Source: a bacterium
GTDB taxonomy: Bacteria; Desulfobacterota; Binatia; HRBIN30; CADEER01
NCBI GenBank assembly: GCA_031401035.1
Contig: JANNRA010000150.1
Coordinates: 6,104-70,103, forward strand
Length of the DNA stretch: 64,000 nt
Reading direction: 5' to 3'
This document shows positions 21,253-32,009 of the stretch, piece by piece; positions within the stretch are counted from its first letter, which is position 1; each line of letters starts with the position of its first letter. A model generated the notes under the pieces. That model saw only the letters and a program-made list of their open reading frames with translations, was not told where the DNA came from and ran no database searches. Made by a program: the position numbers and the translations under genes.

Positions 21253-21819
21253 TCAGCGCAGCAGCAGGCGCAGCAGGGTGGCGAGGGCAAGCCACGGCGC
21301 CGCGTTGCGCAGCCAGGCGTGCCAGTCGAGTTCATCGACCGGTGCGTCATCGGTGGCGTAGGTGACGGCGTCGAGGTTGGCGACGTGCGGCCAGGCGCGT
21401 GCGTCGCCGAGGGCTCGCGTCAGGTGCGGCAGCGCGTTGACTGGGGGGACGGGGGCGCGTTGCTTGGCACGCCGGAGGGAGCCGCGGTTGAGCCAGAGGC
21501 CGTCGCAGACGGCGCAGCGTTCGATGGCGGCGTCGGCCGGCAGGACGGGATCGCTGAACGGTCGCAGGGCGGTGCGGCAACGTGGGCAGCGGCCGGGCGT
21601 CGTCGGCAGCGGCGTCGCGGCGGCGAGCGAGGTTTCGTCGACCGGGTCGAGGCGGGCAGCCTCGTCGGCGGCGAGGGGGTAGAGTTCCCAGCGATCGCAC
21701 CAGATGCCGCCGCAGCGCGGGCACTGGTCGAGCAGCAGGCAGTAGCCGCTGCGGGCGCGGGCGCGGACGGCACGCAGGGGCGCGCGGCAGTGTGGACAGT
21801 CAGCGGGCGCGCTGGGCAT
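21253..21819 (-). CDS. Double zinc-ribbon (zf-TFIIB-like) protein
   Basis: CPHC...CPRCGGIWCDRWEL and CPRC...CAVCDGLWL. Confidence 0.8.
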   Translation of the reverse strand: MPSAPADCPHCRAPLRAVRARARSGYCLLLDQCPRCGGIWCDRWELYPLAADEAARLDPVDETSLAAATPLPTTPGRCPRCRTALRPFSDPVLPADAAIERCAVCDGLWLNRGSLRRAKQRAPVPPVNALPHLTRALGDARAWPHVANLDAVTYATDDAPVDELDWHAWLRNAAPWLALATLLRLLLR

Positions 21820-21824
21820 CGCCG

Positions 21825-22736
21825 TCAGGCCGCGTCAACGCCGCGCAGCAGGGCGATGCGCTGGGCGAGGGGCGGGTGGGTGGCCAGCAGGGCCGACCAG
21901 GCGTCCGCGGCGGCGTGGGCGCGCTGGCGCAGGGGGCTGACGATGAACAGGTGGGCGGTGCCGCGCGTCGCGGCGCGCAGCGGAAACTCACTGGCGGCGA
22001 TCTTCTCGAGGGCGCGCGCCAGGCCCTCGGGGTTGCGGGTCAGTTCCACGGCGGTGGCGTCGGCCTGATATTCGCGGCGGCGCGAGACGGCCATGGCGAG
22101 CAGGCGCGAGAGCAGCGGCGTCAACAGCACCAGCAGCGGCAGGAGGATGAACGCCAGCGGGCTGGCGGCGCGCGCGCCGCCGCGCGCCAGCCAGATGCTG
22201 CGGCGGGCCCAGTCGGCGAGCAGGAGGAGGCCGCCGAAGAGCACCGAGACCAGGGTCATCACCGCCGTGTCGCGATTGCCGATATGCGCCAGCTCGTGCG
22301 CCACGACGCCCTGGGTCTCCTCGCGATCGAGCAGGGCGAGGGCACCGGCGGTAACGGCGATGATCGCGTGCGCGGGATCGCGGCCGGTGGCCATGGCATT
22401 GGGTGACGGGTCGGGGATGACATACAGGCGCGGGCGCGGCAGTCCGGCCGCGATGGCCAGCTCGGTGGCGATGTTGTCGAGTTGACGGTGTTCGGGTTCG
22501 GAGAGACGCAGCGGCTCGGCGAGCAGCGAGGTCAGCACCCAGTCGGCGCCACTGCGCCAGCCGAGCAGGCTGACGATGGCCGCGAAGACGAACGCGGCGA
22601 GGGTGGCGAGCGGCAGCGGCGCCCCGACCAGCGTCGCGTCGAGCACGAGGCCGACGCCGCAGAACAACAGCAGGAAGGCGCCGAGCAGCATGATGGTGCG
22701 GCGCCGGTTGCGGCGCTGCGCCGCGACGAAGTTCAC
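21825..22736 (-). CDS. htpX: M48 zinc metalloprotease, HtpX-like
   Basis: PNAMATG, HELAH, SRRREYQAD, LARALEKI, THPP. Confidence 0.9.
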   Translation of the reverse strand: MNFVAAQRRNRRRTIMLLGAFLLLFCGVGLVLDATLVGAPLPLATLAAFVFAAIVSLLGWRSGADWVLTSLLAEPLRLSEPEHRQLDNIATELAIAAGLPRPRLYVIPDPSPNAMATGRDPAHAIIAVTAGALALLDREETQGVVAHELAHIGNRDTAVMTLVSVLFGGLLLLADWARRSIWLARGGARAASPLAFILLPLLVLLTPLLSRLLAMAVSRRREYQADATAVELTRNPEGLARALEKIAASEFPLRAATRGTAHLFIVSPLRQRAHAAADAWSALLATHPPLAQRIALLRGVDAA

Positions 22737-23293
22737 CGCTCGGGCCGCAGCGAGAGGTCCACCGACGGCACGGCGCCGTCGCCGGCCTCGGCGGCGAAGA
22801 GTTCGGCGGGTTGAAAACCAAAGTAGCCGGCGATGAGACTGGCAGGGAAGACGTCCTGCTGCGTGTTGAAGCGCGTCGCCACGTCATTGTAGAACTGGCG
22901 CGCGAAGCCGAGCTGATTCTCGGTCGTGGTCAGTTCCTCCTGCAGGCGCAGGACGTTCTCGTTGGCGCGCAGCTGCGGATAGTTCTCGGCGACGGCGAAG
23001 AGCTGGCGCAGCGCACGGCTGAGGTCGGCCTCGGCGGCCATGCTCTCGCGCACGCCGCTGGCGCCGGCGGCGCGGCCACGCGCTTCGATGACGCGCTGCA
23101 ACGTGTCGCGCTCGAACTCCATGTAGCCGCGCACCGCTGACACCAGGTTGGGAATCAGATCGTGGCGGCGCTTCAGCTGCACGTCGATCTGCTTCCAGCC
23201 GTTGGCGACCTGGTTCTTCAGCGCCACCAAACGGTTATAGATCCAGACGCCCCAGGCGGCGACGGCCACAATGACGGCAAATATGACGCTCAT
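22733..23293 (-). CDS. lemA: LemA family protein
   Basis: YNRLV..IDVQLKRRHDLIPNLV, AENYPQLRAN, ARQFYND. Confidence 0.93.
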   Translation of the reverse strand: MSVIFAVIVAVAAWGVWIYNRLVALKNQVANGWKQIDVQLKRRHDLIPNLVSAVRGYMEFERDTLQRVIEARGRAAGASGVRESMAAEADLSRALRQLFAVAENYPQLRANENVLRLQEELTTTENQLGFARQFYNDVATRFNTQQDVFPASLIAGYFGFQPAELFAAEAGDGAVPSVDLSLRPER

Positions 23294-23345
23294 GCCGGCG
23301 TTATAGGGCAGGACGGCGGGGCCGACTACTGGAGATCTGCGGTGC

Positions 23346-24662
<1,317 letters not shown>

Positions 24663-24693
24663 CTACACTCCGGTCGCGAGGGTACAAAAGACG

Positions 24694-24993
24694 ATGTCAC
24701 TTTTAATGCCGCTGCCCTGGAAACACAAAGTTGTCGTCGCCGCCGGCGTCGGCATTCTCGCGCTGTGCGGGGTGTCGGCGGTGTTCGGCAGCGGCGGGGT
24801 GGTCCATCTGCGACGAGTGCAAGCGGAGCAGGCGGCGGCGGAAGTCGAAGTCTTCGCGCTCGAGCAGCGCAACGCCCGCATCGGCGGGCACCTGCGCAAG
24901 CTCGCCGAGGACGACGCCTACCTCGAAAAGGTGGCGCGCGAACGCCTCGGCTGGGTGAAACCGGGCGAGCACATCTACCGCGTGCGGCGCTAG
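24694..24993 (+). CDS. ftsB: Septum formation initiator FtsB/DivIC
   Basis: TM helix, coiled coil, YLEKVARERLGWVKPGE. Confidence 0.85.
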   Translation: MSLLMPLPWKHKVVVAAGVGILALCGVSAVFGSGGVVHLRRVQAEQAAAEVEVFALEQRNARIGGHLRKLAEDDAYLEKVARERLGWVKPGEHIYRVRR

Positions 24994-25009
24994 CGACCGG
25001 GCGGCGCGC

Positions 25010-25432
25010 CTAGTCCTCGTCGCCGGCGACGAAGTCCTCGTACTCCTCGGTCGCCATCAGGTCCTCGAGCTCGCTCTCGTCGTCGAGTTCAATCTCGATC
25101 AGCCAGCCGTCGTGGTAGGGATCCTCGTTGGCCAACGCGGCGTGGTCCTCGAGATCGCCGTTGACAGCGCGCACGGTGCCGGTAACCGGCGCGACCAGTT
25201 CGTGCACGGTGCGCACCGACTCGAGTTCGCCGAACGGCTCGCCCTTCTCGATCGTGTCGCCGACATCCGGCAACTCAACGGCGATGATCTCGCCGATCGC
25301 ATGCTGGCCCTGGTCGGAGATGCCGATCTGCGCCCGATCGGCGTCGGCGCGCACCCAGACGTGCGCGTCGCTGAACCGCATGACGGTGGCGACTTCGCTC
25401 TCGTGCGCGCGCGATTTGGCTTTCTTCGACAT
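25010..25432 (-). CDS. gcvH: Glycine cleavage H-protein homolog with the lipoyl Lys replaced by Arg
   Basis: HVWV...IGISD..Q..IGEI, FGELESVRTVHELVAPVTG, NEDPYHDGWL. Confidence 0.85.
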   Translation of the reverse strand: MSKKAKSRAHESEVATVMRFSDAHVWVRADADRAQIGISDQGQHAIGEIIAVELPDVGDTIEKGEPFGELESVRTVHELVAPVTGTVRAVNGDLEDHAALANEDPYHDGWLIEIELDDESELEDLMATEEYEDFVAGDED

Positions 25433-25543
25433 CGAGCGCTCCCTACCCAGGCGCGATTCGCCGTGTCAAGCCCGTTCTTGCGCGTTCTTGCGCGGCGCCG
25501 CCCGGCGCTTGCGCGGTGCCCGGCGGCTGCCTAGCATCGCCGC

Positions 25544-26662
25544 ATGAGCGCGCGGGGAACGGTGCGCAGCATCCGCGACGAACTCGTGCAGCGCTTCGTC
25601 GAACGCACCGAGGTCATCGATGGCGCGCTGGCGGCGCTGCTCAGCGGCCACCACGTCCTCATCGTCGGCCCACCCGGCACGGCGAAGTCGATGCTCGCCG
25701 ACGAGCTCTGCCAGCGTCTCGAGGGCGGCGTCTACTTCCAGTGGCTGCTGACTCGCTTCACCACGCCGGAAGAGCTGTTCGGCGCCATCAGCCTGGCGGC
25801 GCTCGAGCGCGACGAGTACCGCCGCGTCACCGACGGCAAGCTGCCGGAAGCGCACATCGCCTTCCTCGACGAGGTGTTCAAGGCCAACTCCTCGATCCTG
25901 AACGCCATCCTCACCGTCTTGAACGAGCGCCGCTTCCACAACGGACGCGACGTCCTCACCGTGCCGCTGATCACCCTGGTCGGCGCCACCAACGAGCTAC
26001 CTGAGGACGACGAGTTGCAGGCGCTCTACGATCGCTTCCTGCTGCGCTTCGTCGTCGGCTACATCGACGAGGACTTCCGCTTTCTCAAGATGCTGCAGGC
26101 GCGCCCGCCGGCGACGCGCACGACACTCAGCCTGGCGACGCTGCGCGACGCCCAGGCCGAGGTGGCCGCGGTCGCCGTCCCCGACGGTGTCTACCGCGCC
26201 CTGGTCGACCTGCGCCGCGAGCTCGGCCGTGCCCAACTCGTCTCCTCCGACCGCCGCTACCGGCAGGCGCTCGGAGTGCTGCGCGCCTACGCCTACCTCG
26301 ACGGGCGCGACGCGGTGGGCGACGACGACCTGCGCCTGCTCGAACATCTGCTGTGGCGTGATCCCAGTGAGCGCGCCGAGGTGCGCGCCGCGATCCATCG
26401 CCTGCTGCGCGGCTACGTCGACGGGGCGCGCGAGTTGCTCTACCAGACGCGCGAGCTGCGCGACTATGCGCACCGCGCGTGGGAGAGCCAGGAATTGCGC
26501 AGCCGCGCCGTCGTCGAGGCGCACACCAAGATCCGCCAGATCCTCGTCGCGGTCGAGGGTCTGCTCGACGAGGCGCGCGGCGCCGGCAGGCCGCTCGACG
26601 CCGTCGAGGCGGTGCGCGCCGAAATCGAGTCGATCCAGCACGAGATGCTGGAGGCGCTGTGA
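25544..26662 (+). CDS. MoxR AAA+ ATPase, RavA-like
   Basis: GPPGTAKS Walker A, LTRFTTPEELFG, FLDEVFKANSSILN, ALYDRF, SDRR. Confidence 0.88.
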   Translation: MSARGTVRSIRDELVQRFVERTEVIDGALAALLSGHHVLIVGPPGTAKSMLADELCQRLEGGVYFQWLLTRFTTPEELFGAISLAALERDEYRRVTDGKLPEAHIAFLDEVFKANSSILNAILTVLNERRFHNGRDVLTVPLITLVGATNELPEDDELQALYDRFLLRFVVGYIDEDFRFLKMLQARPPATRTTLSLATLRDAQAEVAAVAVPDGVYRALVDLRRELGRAQLVSSDRRYRQALGVLRAYAYLDGRDAVGDDDLRLLEHLLWRDPSERAEVRAAIHRLLRGYVDGARELLYQTRELRDYAHRAWESQELRSRAVVEAHTKIRQILVAVEGLLDEARGAGRPLDAVEAVRAEIESIQHEMLEAL

Positions 26663-28191
26663 TCGCTGTGCCGCCGCACGTGCACTGGATCGAGGTCGAC
26701 GCCTACGATCGCGCCGCCTTTGCGCGTCTGCGCGCCGACACCCCCGCCCTCGCGGCGCTCGCCGAGAGCGGCGGCAAGTTGCTGCCGCACTTCGACGGCT
26801 TGCTGCTCGATCTGTACGCGTTGGCGTACAAGCTCAACGTCGTCGTCCGCCCGCCCGAAGCGGTCACCCCCGGCGCGGTCGTCTGCCGCGTACTGCTCGA
26901 CGACCTGCGCGCCGCCCCGGGGCTGGCGGCACTGCGGCGGCAGACGGCGCTCGACGAACACCTCGCCGGCCTCGCCGCCCTGCTGCTCGGCGACGCCCTG
27001 CTCGAGCTGCTGAAATCCGAGCGCGTGCTGACGCGCGACGAGATGCTCGACGCCTGGAGTCTCGACCAGCAGGCGGAGGAGATCGCGGCGCGCGCCGCCG
27101 AGGTCGCGACGGCCGTCGCGCTTGGCGCCGCGCGCGCCGGACAGCCGGCGGCGACGCGGCTCGACGAGCTGCGCCAGCGCCTCGAACGCGAGAACGTCGC
27201 CGCGGCGCGCCGCCTGGCGCAGCAGGCAGCGCGCGTCGCGCAGGGGCTGGGCGACGCGGCGGCACGCCGCCAGCCGCGCGTCGCGGCGCAACTCGAGCGC
27301 ACGCTCGCCGATCTCGAGGCGGCGCGCGACGGCGTCGAGCAATGGAGCCTGCACCTCGGCGGCGGCCAGACGACGTCCGCCAACGCGCCGATCGAGCTCG
27401 GCCATCGCCTGGCGCGCAACCCGAAGCTGCGCCGCATGGCGCAGCTCGTCGGCCGCATGCGCGCCAACGCGCGCGCGCTGCGCCGCCGCCGCTGCGAACG
27501 CGGCAGCGCCGAGGTCTACGCGGTCGGCGCCGGCGGCGGGATCGATCGGCTGCTGCCGTCGGAGCTGCTCGGCTTGCGCCAGCCGCTGTTGCGGCGCGAC
27601 TTCCAGCGCCGCCTGGTCGAGGGCGCGCTGCTCGTCTACACGCTGCGCGCCCGTGAGCAGCGCGGCCGCGGCCCGATGGTGGTCTGCCTCGACGGCAGCT
27701 CGTCGATGGCCGGCGAGAAAGAGATCTGGGCCAAAGCGGTGACGCTGACGCTGCTCGATATCGCTGCCCGGCAGCGGCGCCGCTTCCGGTCGATCTGCTT
27801 CGCCTCCGCCGAGACCCCGCTGCAGGTGATCGACCGCGCGCCGCGCCCGCGCGTGACACCCGACCTGCGCGAGGTGATGGCGCTGGCGGAGTACTTCCCG
27901 GGCGGTGGCACCGATTTCCAGCCCCCCCTCGATGCCGCGCTCGCGTGCCTGCGCGCCGACCCGCAGCGGCGCGGCGACGTGGTCTTCATCACCGACGGCG
28001 AGAGCCGCGTCGATCCGACCTGGCTTGCCGCCTTCCAGCGCGAGAAGGCGCGCCTCGGCTTCAGCGTCTTCTCGGTCCTCATCGACGTCGGTCCGAGCTC
28101 GGACAGCGCGCTGAAGGCGTTCAGCGACCACGTCACCTCGGTCAGCCAGCTCACTGACGACGCGACCGGCGAGCTGTTTCACCGCCTGTAG
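26659..28191 (+). CDS. VWA-domain protein, ViaA-like
   Basis: RLLPSEL, GPMVVCLDGSSSM (MIDAS), GGTDF, VFITDG; GTGA overlap with the ATPase. Confidence 0.87.
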   Translation: MIAVPPHVHWIEVDAYDRAAFARLRADTPALAALAESGGKLLPHFDGLLLDLYALAYKLNVVVRPPEAVTPGAVVCRVLLDDLRAAPGLAALRRQTALDEHLAGLAALLLGDALLELLKSERVLTRDEMLDAWSLDQQAEEIAARAAEVATAVALGAARAGQPAATRLDELRQRLERENVAAARRLAQQAARVAQGLGDAAARRQPRVAAQLERTLADLEAARDGVEQWSLHLGGGQTTSANAPIELGHRLARNPKLRRMAQLVGRMRANARALRRRRCERGSAEVYAVGAGGGIDRLLPSELLGLRQPLLRRDFQRRLVEGALLVYTLRAREQRGRGPMVVCLDGSSSMAGEKEIWAKAVTLTLLDIAARQRRRFRSICFASAETPLQVIDRAPRPRVTPDLREVMALAEYFPGGGTDFQPPLDAALACLRADPQRRGDVVFITDGESRVDPTWLAAFQREKARLGFSVFSVLIDVGPSSDSALKAFSDHVTSVSQLTDDATGELFHRL

Positions 28192-28241
28192 GTGCGGGCG
28201 GCGGCTTCCGCCGCCCGCACCGCATCTGCTAGGCGGACCGG

Positions 28242-29252
28242 ATGCCGTTGTGGGTATGGATCGGGTTCCACCTGGCCGTCTTCGCCATCCTGGCGGTCGA
28301 TCTCGGCATCTTCCATCGCCAGGCGCACGAGGTGTCGGTGCGCGAGGCGGCCGGCTGGACGCTCACCTGGGTCTGCCTGGCGCTGCTCTTCAACCTCGGC
28401 ATCCTACAGACGCTCGGCAGTCAGGCGGCGCTCGAGTTCCTCACCGGTTATCTCATCGAGCAGGCGCTGTCGGTCGACAACATCTTCGTCTTCGTCCTCA
28501 TTTTCTCGTACTTCTCGGTGCCGAAGCGCTACCAACACCGCATCCTCTTCTGGGGCATCCTCGGCGCCCTCATCCTGCGCGGCACGATGATCGCCGGCGG
28601 CAGCTTCCTCATTCAGCGTTTCGCGTGGATCCTCTACCTGTTCGGCGCCTTCCTGGTGTTCACCGGCGTGCGCATGGCATTCGCCGGAGAGGCAGGCATC
28701 GAGGTCGAGGCCAACCCGCTCATCCGCCTGCTGCGGCGCTTCATCCCGGTGACCAAGCGCTACCACGGCCAACACTTCTTCGTGCGGGCGCCGGTCGGTC
28801 GGGAGCGACGCTGGATCGCGACGCCGCTGCTGGTCGTGTTGATTATGGTGGAGACCACCGACCTGGTCTTCGCGGTCGATTCGATCCCGGCGATCTTCGC
28901 CATCACCACCGACCCGTTCCTGGTGTACACCTCGAATGTCTGCGCCATCCTCGGCCTGCGGTCGCTGTACTTTCTGCTCGCCGGGATCGTCGGCCAGTTG
29001 CGCTTCCTGCAACTCGGTCTGTCGGTGGTGCTGGTCTTCGTCGGCGCCAAGATGCTGCTGGCGGACTGGTACCATGTGCCGATCGGCGCTTCGCTCGGCG
29101 TCGTCGCCGGCGTGCTGGCGCTCTCGGTCGTCGCGTCGCTGCTCTTCCCCGATCAGGCGGCGGAGCACCCGCCGGTGGTGCACGACCCACTCCACCCGCC
29201 GCGCGGCCCGGTCGACACGATGACACCCGACCCGCGCCTCGGCGACGAGTGA
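28242..29252 (+). CDS. TerC/Alx family membrane protein
   Basis: GYLIEQALSVDNIFVF, DLVFAVDSIPAIFAIT, ILGLRSLYF. Confidence 0.93.
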   Translation: MPLWVWIGFHLAVFAILAVDLGIFHRQAHEVSVREAAGWTLTWVCLALLFNLGILQTLGSQAALEFLTGYLIEQALSVDNIFVFVLIFSYFSVPKRYQHRILFWGILGALILRGTMIAGGSFLIQRFAWILYLFGAFLVFTGVRMAFAGEAGIEVEANPLIRLLRRFIPVTKRYHGQHFFVRAPVGRERRWIATPLLVVLIMVETTDLVFAVDSIPAIFAITTDPFLVYTSNVCAILGLRSLYFLLAGIVGQLRFLQLGLSVVLVFVGAKMLLADWYHVPIGASLGVVAGVLALSVVASLLFPDQAAEHPPVVHDPLHPPRGPVDTMTPDPRLGDE

Positions 29253-29288
29253 CGGTTTCGGCTCCCGTTGCGAGAGAAGCGGTCGCTC

Positions 29289-30524
29289 TCAGTCCCGTTC
29301 CACCGCACCGGGGCGGAAACGCACCTGCATCTCCTTGACGCCGTTGATGAAGCACGAACGCAGGCGGCGCGGCTCGTCGGTGCGCTCCATGTCTCGGAAG
29401 CGCATGGCGATGCCGCGGAAGACCTCTTGCAGCTCGAGGCGGGCGAGGTTGGCGCCGAGGCAGTAGTGCTCGCCGAAGCCGAAGGCGACGTGGTCGTTGG
29501 GGCTGCGGCGGATGTTGAAGGTGTCCGGATGCTCGAAGACGTCCTCGTCGCGGTTGGCCGACGGGTACCAGAGCATGAGCTTGTCCTGCGGGCGGATCTC
29601 CTGTCCGCGCAGCTCGGTCGACGTCGTCGCGGTACGGCGGAAGGTGTGCACGGCCGGCGCATAGCGCAGGATCTCCTCGACGGCGCTCGGCACCAGGCTG
29701 GGGTCCTGTTCGAGATCGCGCAACTGGTCCGGATGGTCGAGCAGCGCGATCATGCCGTTGGACGTCACCGTGCGGGTCGTCTCGTTGCCGGCGATGAGCA
29801 GCAGCAGGAAGAAGAAGTTGAACTCCATCTCGTCGAGCTTGCGGCCGTCGAGCTCGGCGCGCACCAGCGCCCCGGCGAGGTTGTCGCTGGGGTGCTCATG
29901 CGCGATCGTCCACAACTTGCCGGCGTAGCCGAACATCTCGCCGAAGGCCGCCATGGCGTCGCCGGGCACGATCGGGTTGCCGTCGGCCTGCAGGTCGGGG
30001 TCGTCGACCCCGACCATCTTGTTGCCGAGCGCGTAGATATGGCGGCGGTCCTCGTGCGGGACGCCCATCATCTCGCAGATGACCTCGAGCGGCAGCAGAG
30101 AGGCGACGTCCTCGACGAAGTCGCATTCGCCCTTCTCGATGACGCCGTTGATGATGTCGCGCACCATCTCGCGGATACGGCCGTGCAGGTTGCCGATGAT
30201 GCGCGGCGTGAAGGCCTGGCCGACCAGCGTGCGGTACTGGCGGTGCTGAGGCGGATCCATGTTGAGCATGATCGACTGGATCGCCGGCAGATCGGTCGGC
30301 GACGGATCCTGGCGCAGGGTGCCCTGCCGTGCCGACGAGAACAGGCCCGGGTTCTTCGAGACCCACTTCAGGTCCTGGTACTTCGTGATCGCCCAGAAGC
30401 CCGGGCCGTCCGGCTCCGGATGCCAGTATACCGGCGCCTCGTTGCGCAGGACCTTGAACATGTCGTGCGGCGTGCCGCGCTGAAACAGGTCGGGGTCGGT
30501 CAGGTTGACGTCGCTGAGCTGCAT
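29289..30524 (-). CDS. Cytochrome P450 (CYP124/125/142-like)
   Basis: MDPPQH, IAGNETTR, EEILR, heme motif FGFGEHYCLG. Confidence 0.95.
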   Translation of the reverse strand: MQLSDVNLTDPDLFQRGTPHDMFKVLRNEAPVYWHPEPDGPGFWAITKYQDLKWVSKNPGLFSSARQGTLRQDPSPTDLPAIQSIMLNMDPPQHRQYRTLVGQAFTPRIIGNLHGRIREMVRDIINGVIEKGECDFVEDVASLLPLEVICEMMGVPHEDRRHIYALGNKMVGVDDPDLQADGNPIVPGDAMAAFGEMFGYAGKLWTIAHEHPSDNLAGALVRAELDGRKLDEMEFNFFFLLLLIAGNETTRTVTSNGMIALLDHPDQLRDLEQDPSLVPSAVEEILRYAPAVHTFRRTATTSTELRGQEIRPQDKLMLWYPSANRDEDVFEHPDTFNIRRSPNDHVAFGFGEHYCLGANLARLELQEVFRGIAMRFRDMERTDEPRRLRSCFINGVKEMQVRFRPGAVERD

Positions 30525-30559
30525 GGGTTCGCCTCGTGTCTAGGGGCGGCGCGGGGCCG

Positions 30560-30600
30560 CAAACAAACGTTTGGTTAGTTTGTTCGCGCGCCTCGGTCAA
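30560..30600 (-). promoter_or_regulatory. P450 promoter with overlapping palindromic operator
   Basis: Minus strand TTGACC-17 bp-TAACCA; CAAAC-aaac-GTTTG at 30560-30573 covers the predicted start site. Confidence 0.6.
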
Positions 30601-30657
30601 GGCCGAACTGCGAATGGTGGCGCGCGGAGGCCGCGGACGGCCCCCGCGCGCGCGGAG

Positions 30658-30981
30658 TCAGGCGGCGGTCGGAGTCGCGGTGGGAATTCGCGTCGGCGTG
30701 CGGGTCGCGGTCGGGAGCAACGTCGGCAGCGCCGAGCAATCGCCGCAGTTCCTCACCGTGCAGGCGCTGGTGCGATTCGGATTGCTCGGTCGAAAGGTGA
30801 CATCCAGCTGATCACACATACGCTCGACGGCGAGCGCCTGGCAGGCGGTGATGTTGCGGACGTCGGAGTAGAAGACGAGATTGCAGCGGCCGTTGTCATC
30901 GTCGCCGCACGCCGCCGCGGTGAGCGCCAGCGCGGCGGCCAGTGCGATGGTGGATAGGCGAAGCCGGAAGTGTGCTCGCAT
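30658..30981 (-). CDS. Small Cys-rich lipoprotein with Pro/Thr tail
   Basis: Lipobox TAAAC, several Cys, PTATRTPTRIPTATPT tail; GGAGGG SD. Confidence 0.65.
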   Translation of the reverse strand: MRAHFRLRLSTIALAAALALTAAACGDDDNGRCNLVFYSDVRNITACQALAVERMCDQLDVTFRPSNPNRTSACTVRNCGDCSALPTLLPTATRTPTRIPTATPTAA

Positions 30982-31103
30982 TGTGTCGATCCCTCCCTGG
31001 ACAGGTCCCCTCGATCGCCCGGGCCCCCCCTCAGCGACCGGCGCGGCTCTACCACAGGGGAGCGGCCAGCCTCAACCACCGTCGCGCACCGCGCCGCCAT
31101 GCG

Positions 31104-31132
31104 TTGCGCCTTCGCCCTCTCTTCGCTATCAA
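31104..31132 (+). promoter_or_regulatory. lexA promoter containing a direct-repeat candidate SOS box
   Basis: TTGCGC-17 bp-TATCAA; CTTCGC-N5-CTTCGC (CTTC-N7-CTTC) fills the spacer. Confidence 0.55.
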
Positions 31133-31141
31133 CGGTTTCCG

Positions 31142-31744
31142 GTGTACCTCACCAAGCGCCAGAAGGAGCTCTTCGATCATTTGGAGGGCTATATCGCCGA
31201 GCACGGCTACGCGCCGACGCTCGAGGAGATCGGCGCCCGCTTCGCCCTCAGTTCGCTGGCGACGGTGCACAAGCACCTCACCAACCTCGAGCAGAAGGGC
31301 CTCATCCGGCGCACGTGGAACCACAGCCGCGCCATCGAGATCGTACCGCGCCCGGCGGGCAGCGGCGCCGTCGACCTGCCGCTGCTCGGTCGCGTCGCCG
31401 CCGGCCGCCCGATCGAAGCCCTCGAGCACGCGGACCACATCGCCGTGCCCGAGCAGTTCATCCGCCGCAGCGACACCTTCGTCCTCAAGGTGGTCGGTAG
31501 CTCGATGGTGCAGGACGGCATCCTCGACGGCGACTACATCGTCGTCGAACACCGCCCGCAGGCCGACAACGGCGAGACCGTCGTCGCCATCATCGACGGC
31601 GAGGCGACCGTCAAGCGCTTCTACCGCGATCGGCCCGGCCGCATCCGCCTGCAGCCCGCCAACGACGCCATGCGACCGATCACGGTGAAGGAGAAGGACT
31701 GCGAAGTGCGCGGCGTCGTCGTCGCGGTCCTGCGCAAGTACTGA
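31142..31744 (+). CDS. lexA: SOS repressor LexA
   Basis: LTKRQ, PTLEEI, LATVHKHL, VAAG cleavage site, GSSM Ser, TVKR Lys; GTG start. Confidence 0.95.
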   Translation: MYLTKRQKELFDHLEGYIAEHGYAPTLEEIGARFALSSLATVHKHLTNLEQKGLIRRTWNHSRAIEIVPRPAGSGAVDLPLLGRVAAGRPIEALEHADHIAVPEQFIRRSDTFVLKVVGSSMVQDGILDGDYIVVEHRPQADNGETVVAIIDGEATVKRFYRDRPGRIRLQPANDAMRPITVKEKDCEVRGVVVAVLRKY

Positions 31745-32009
31745 GAGCCGGCATGACCGCGTGAAGTCCGTGGTGCGGACCAGCATCGCGACCTTGACAG
31801 CAGCGCGACAACGTAAGTACGGTGCCCGCAAAAGACATATGAAGTGTTGTTGAAGGCGCCATGCGTTGAATTGTAGCAGTCGACGCCGTTGGGGGCGGTG
31901 GCTGTGGCGCTGGTGCGAGAGTAGCTGGCTTGCCGGTCCGTTGCTTCTCTGGGCTGGGGCAAGCGATGGCGGCGCGTCGTATGGCACTGGTCGCTTGGGG
32001 AATAGGGAC

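Noticed and set aside
31745-32009. Possible riboswitch in the leader of the large secreted protein
   Set aside because: A TTGACA is present, but I recognise no aptamer consensus by eye; an Rfam scan would be needed
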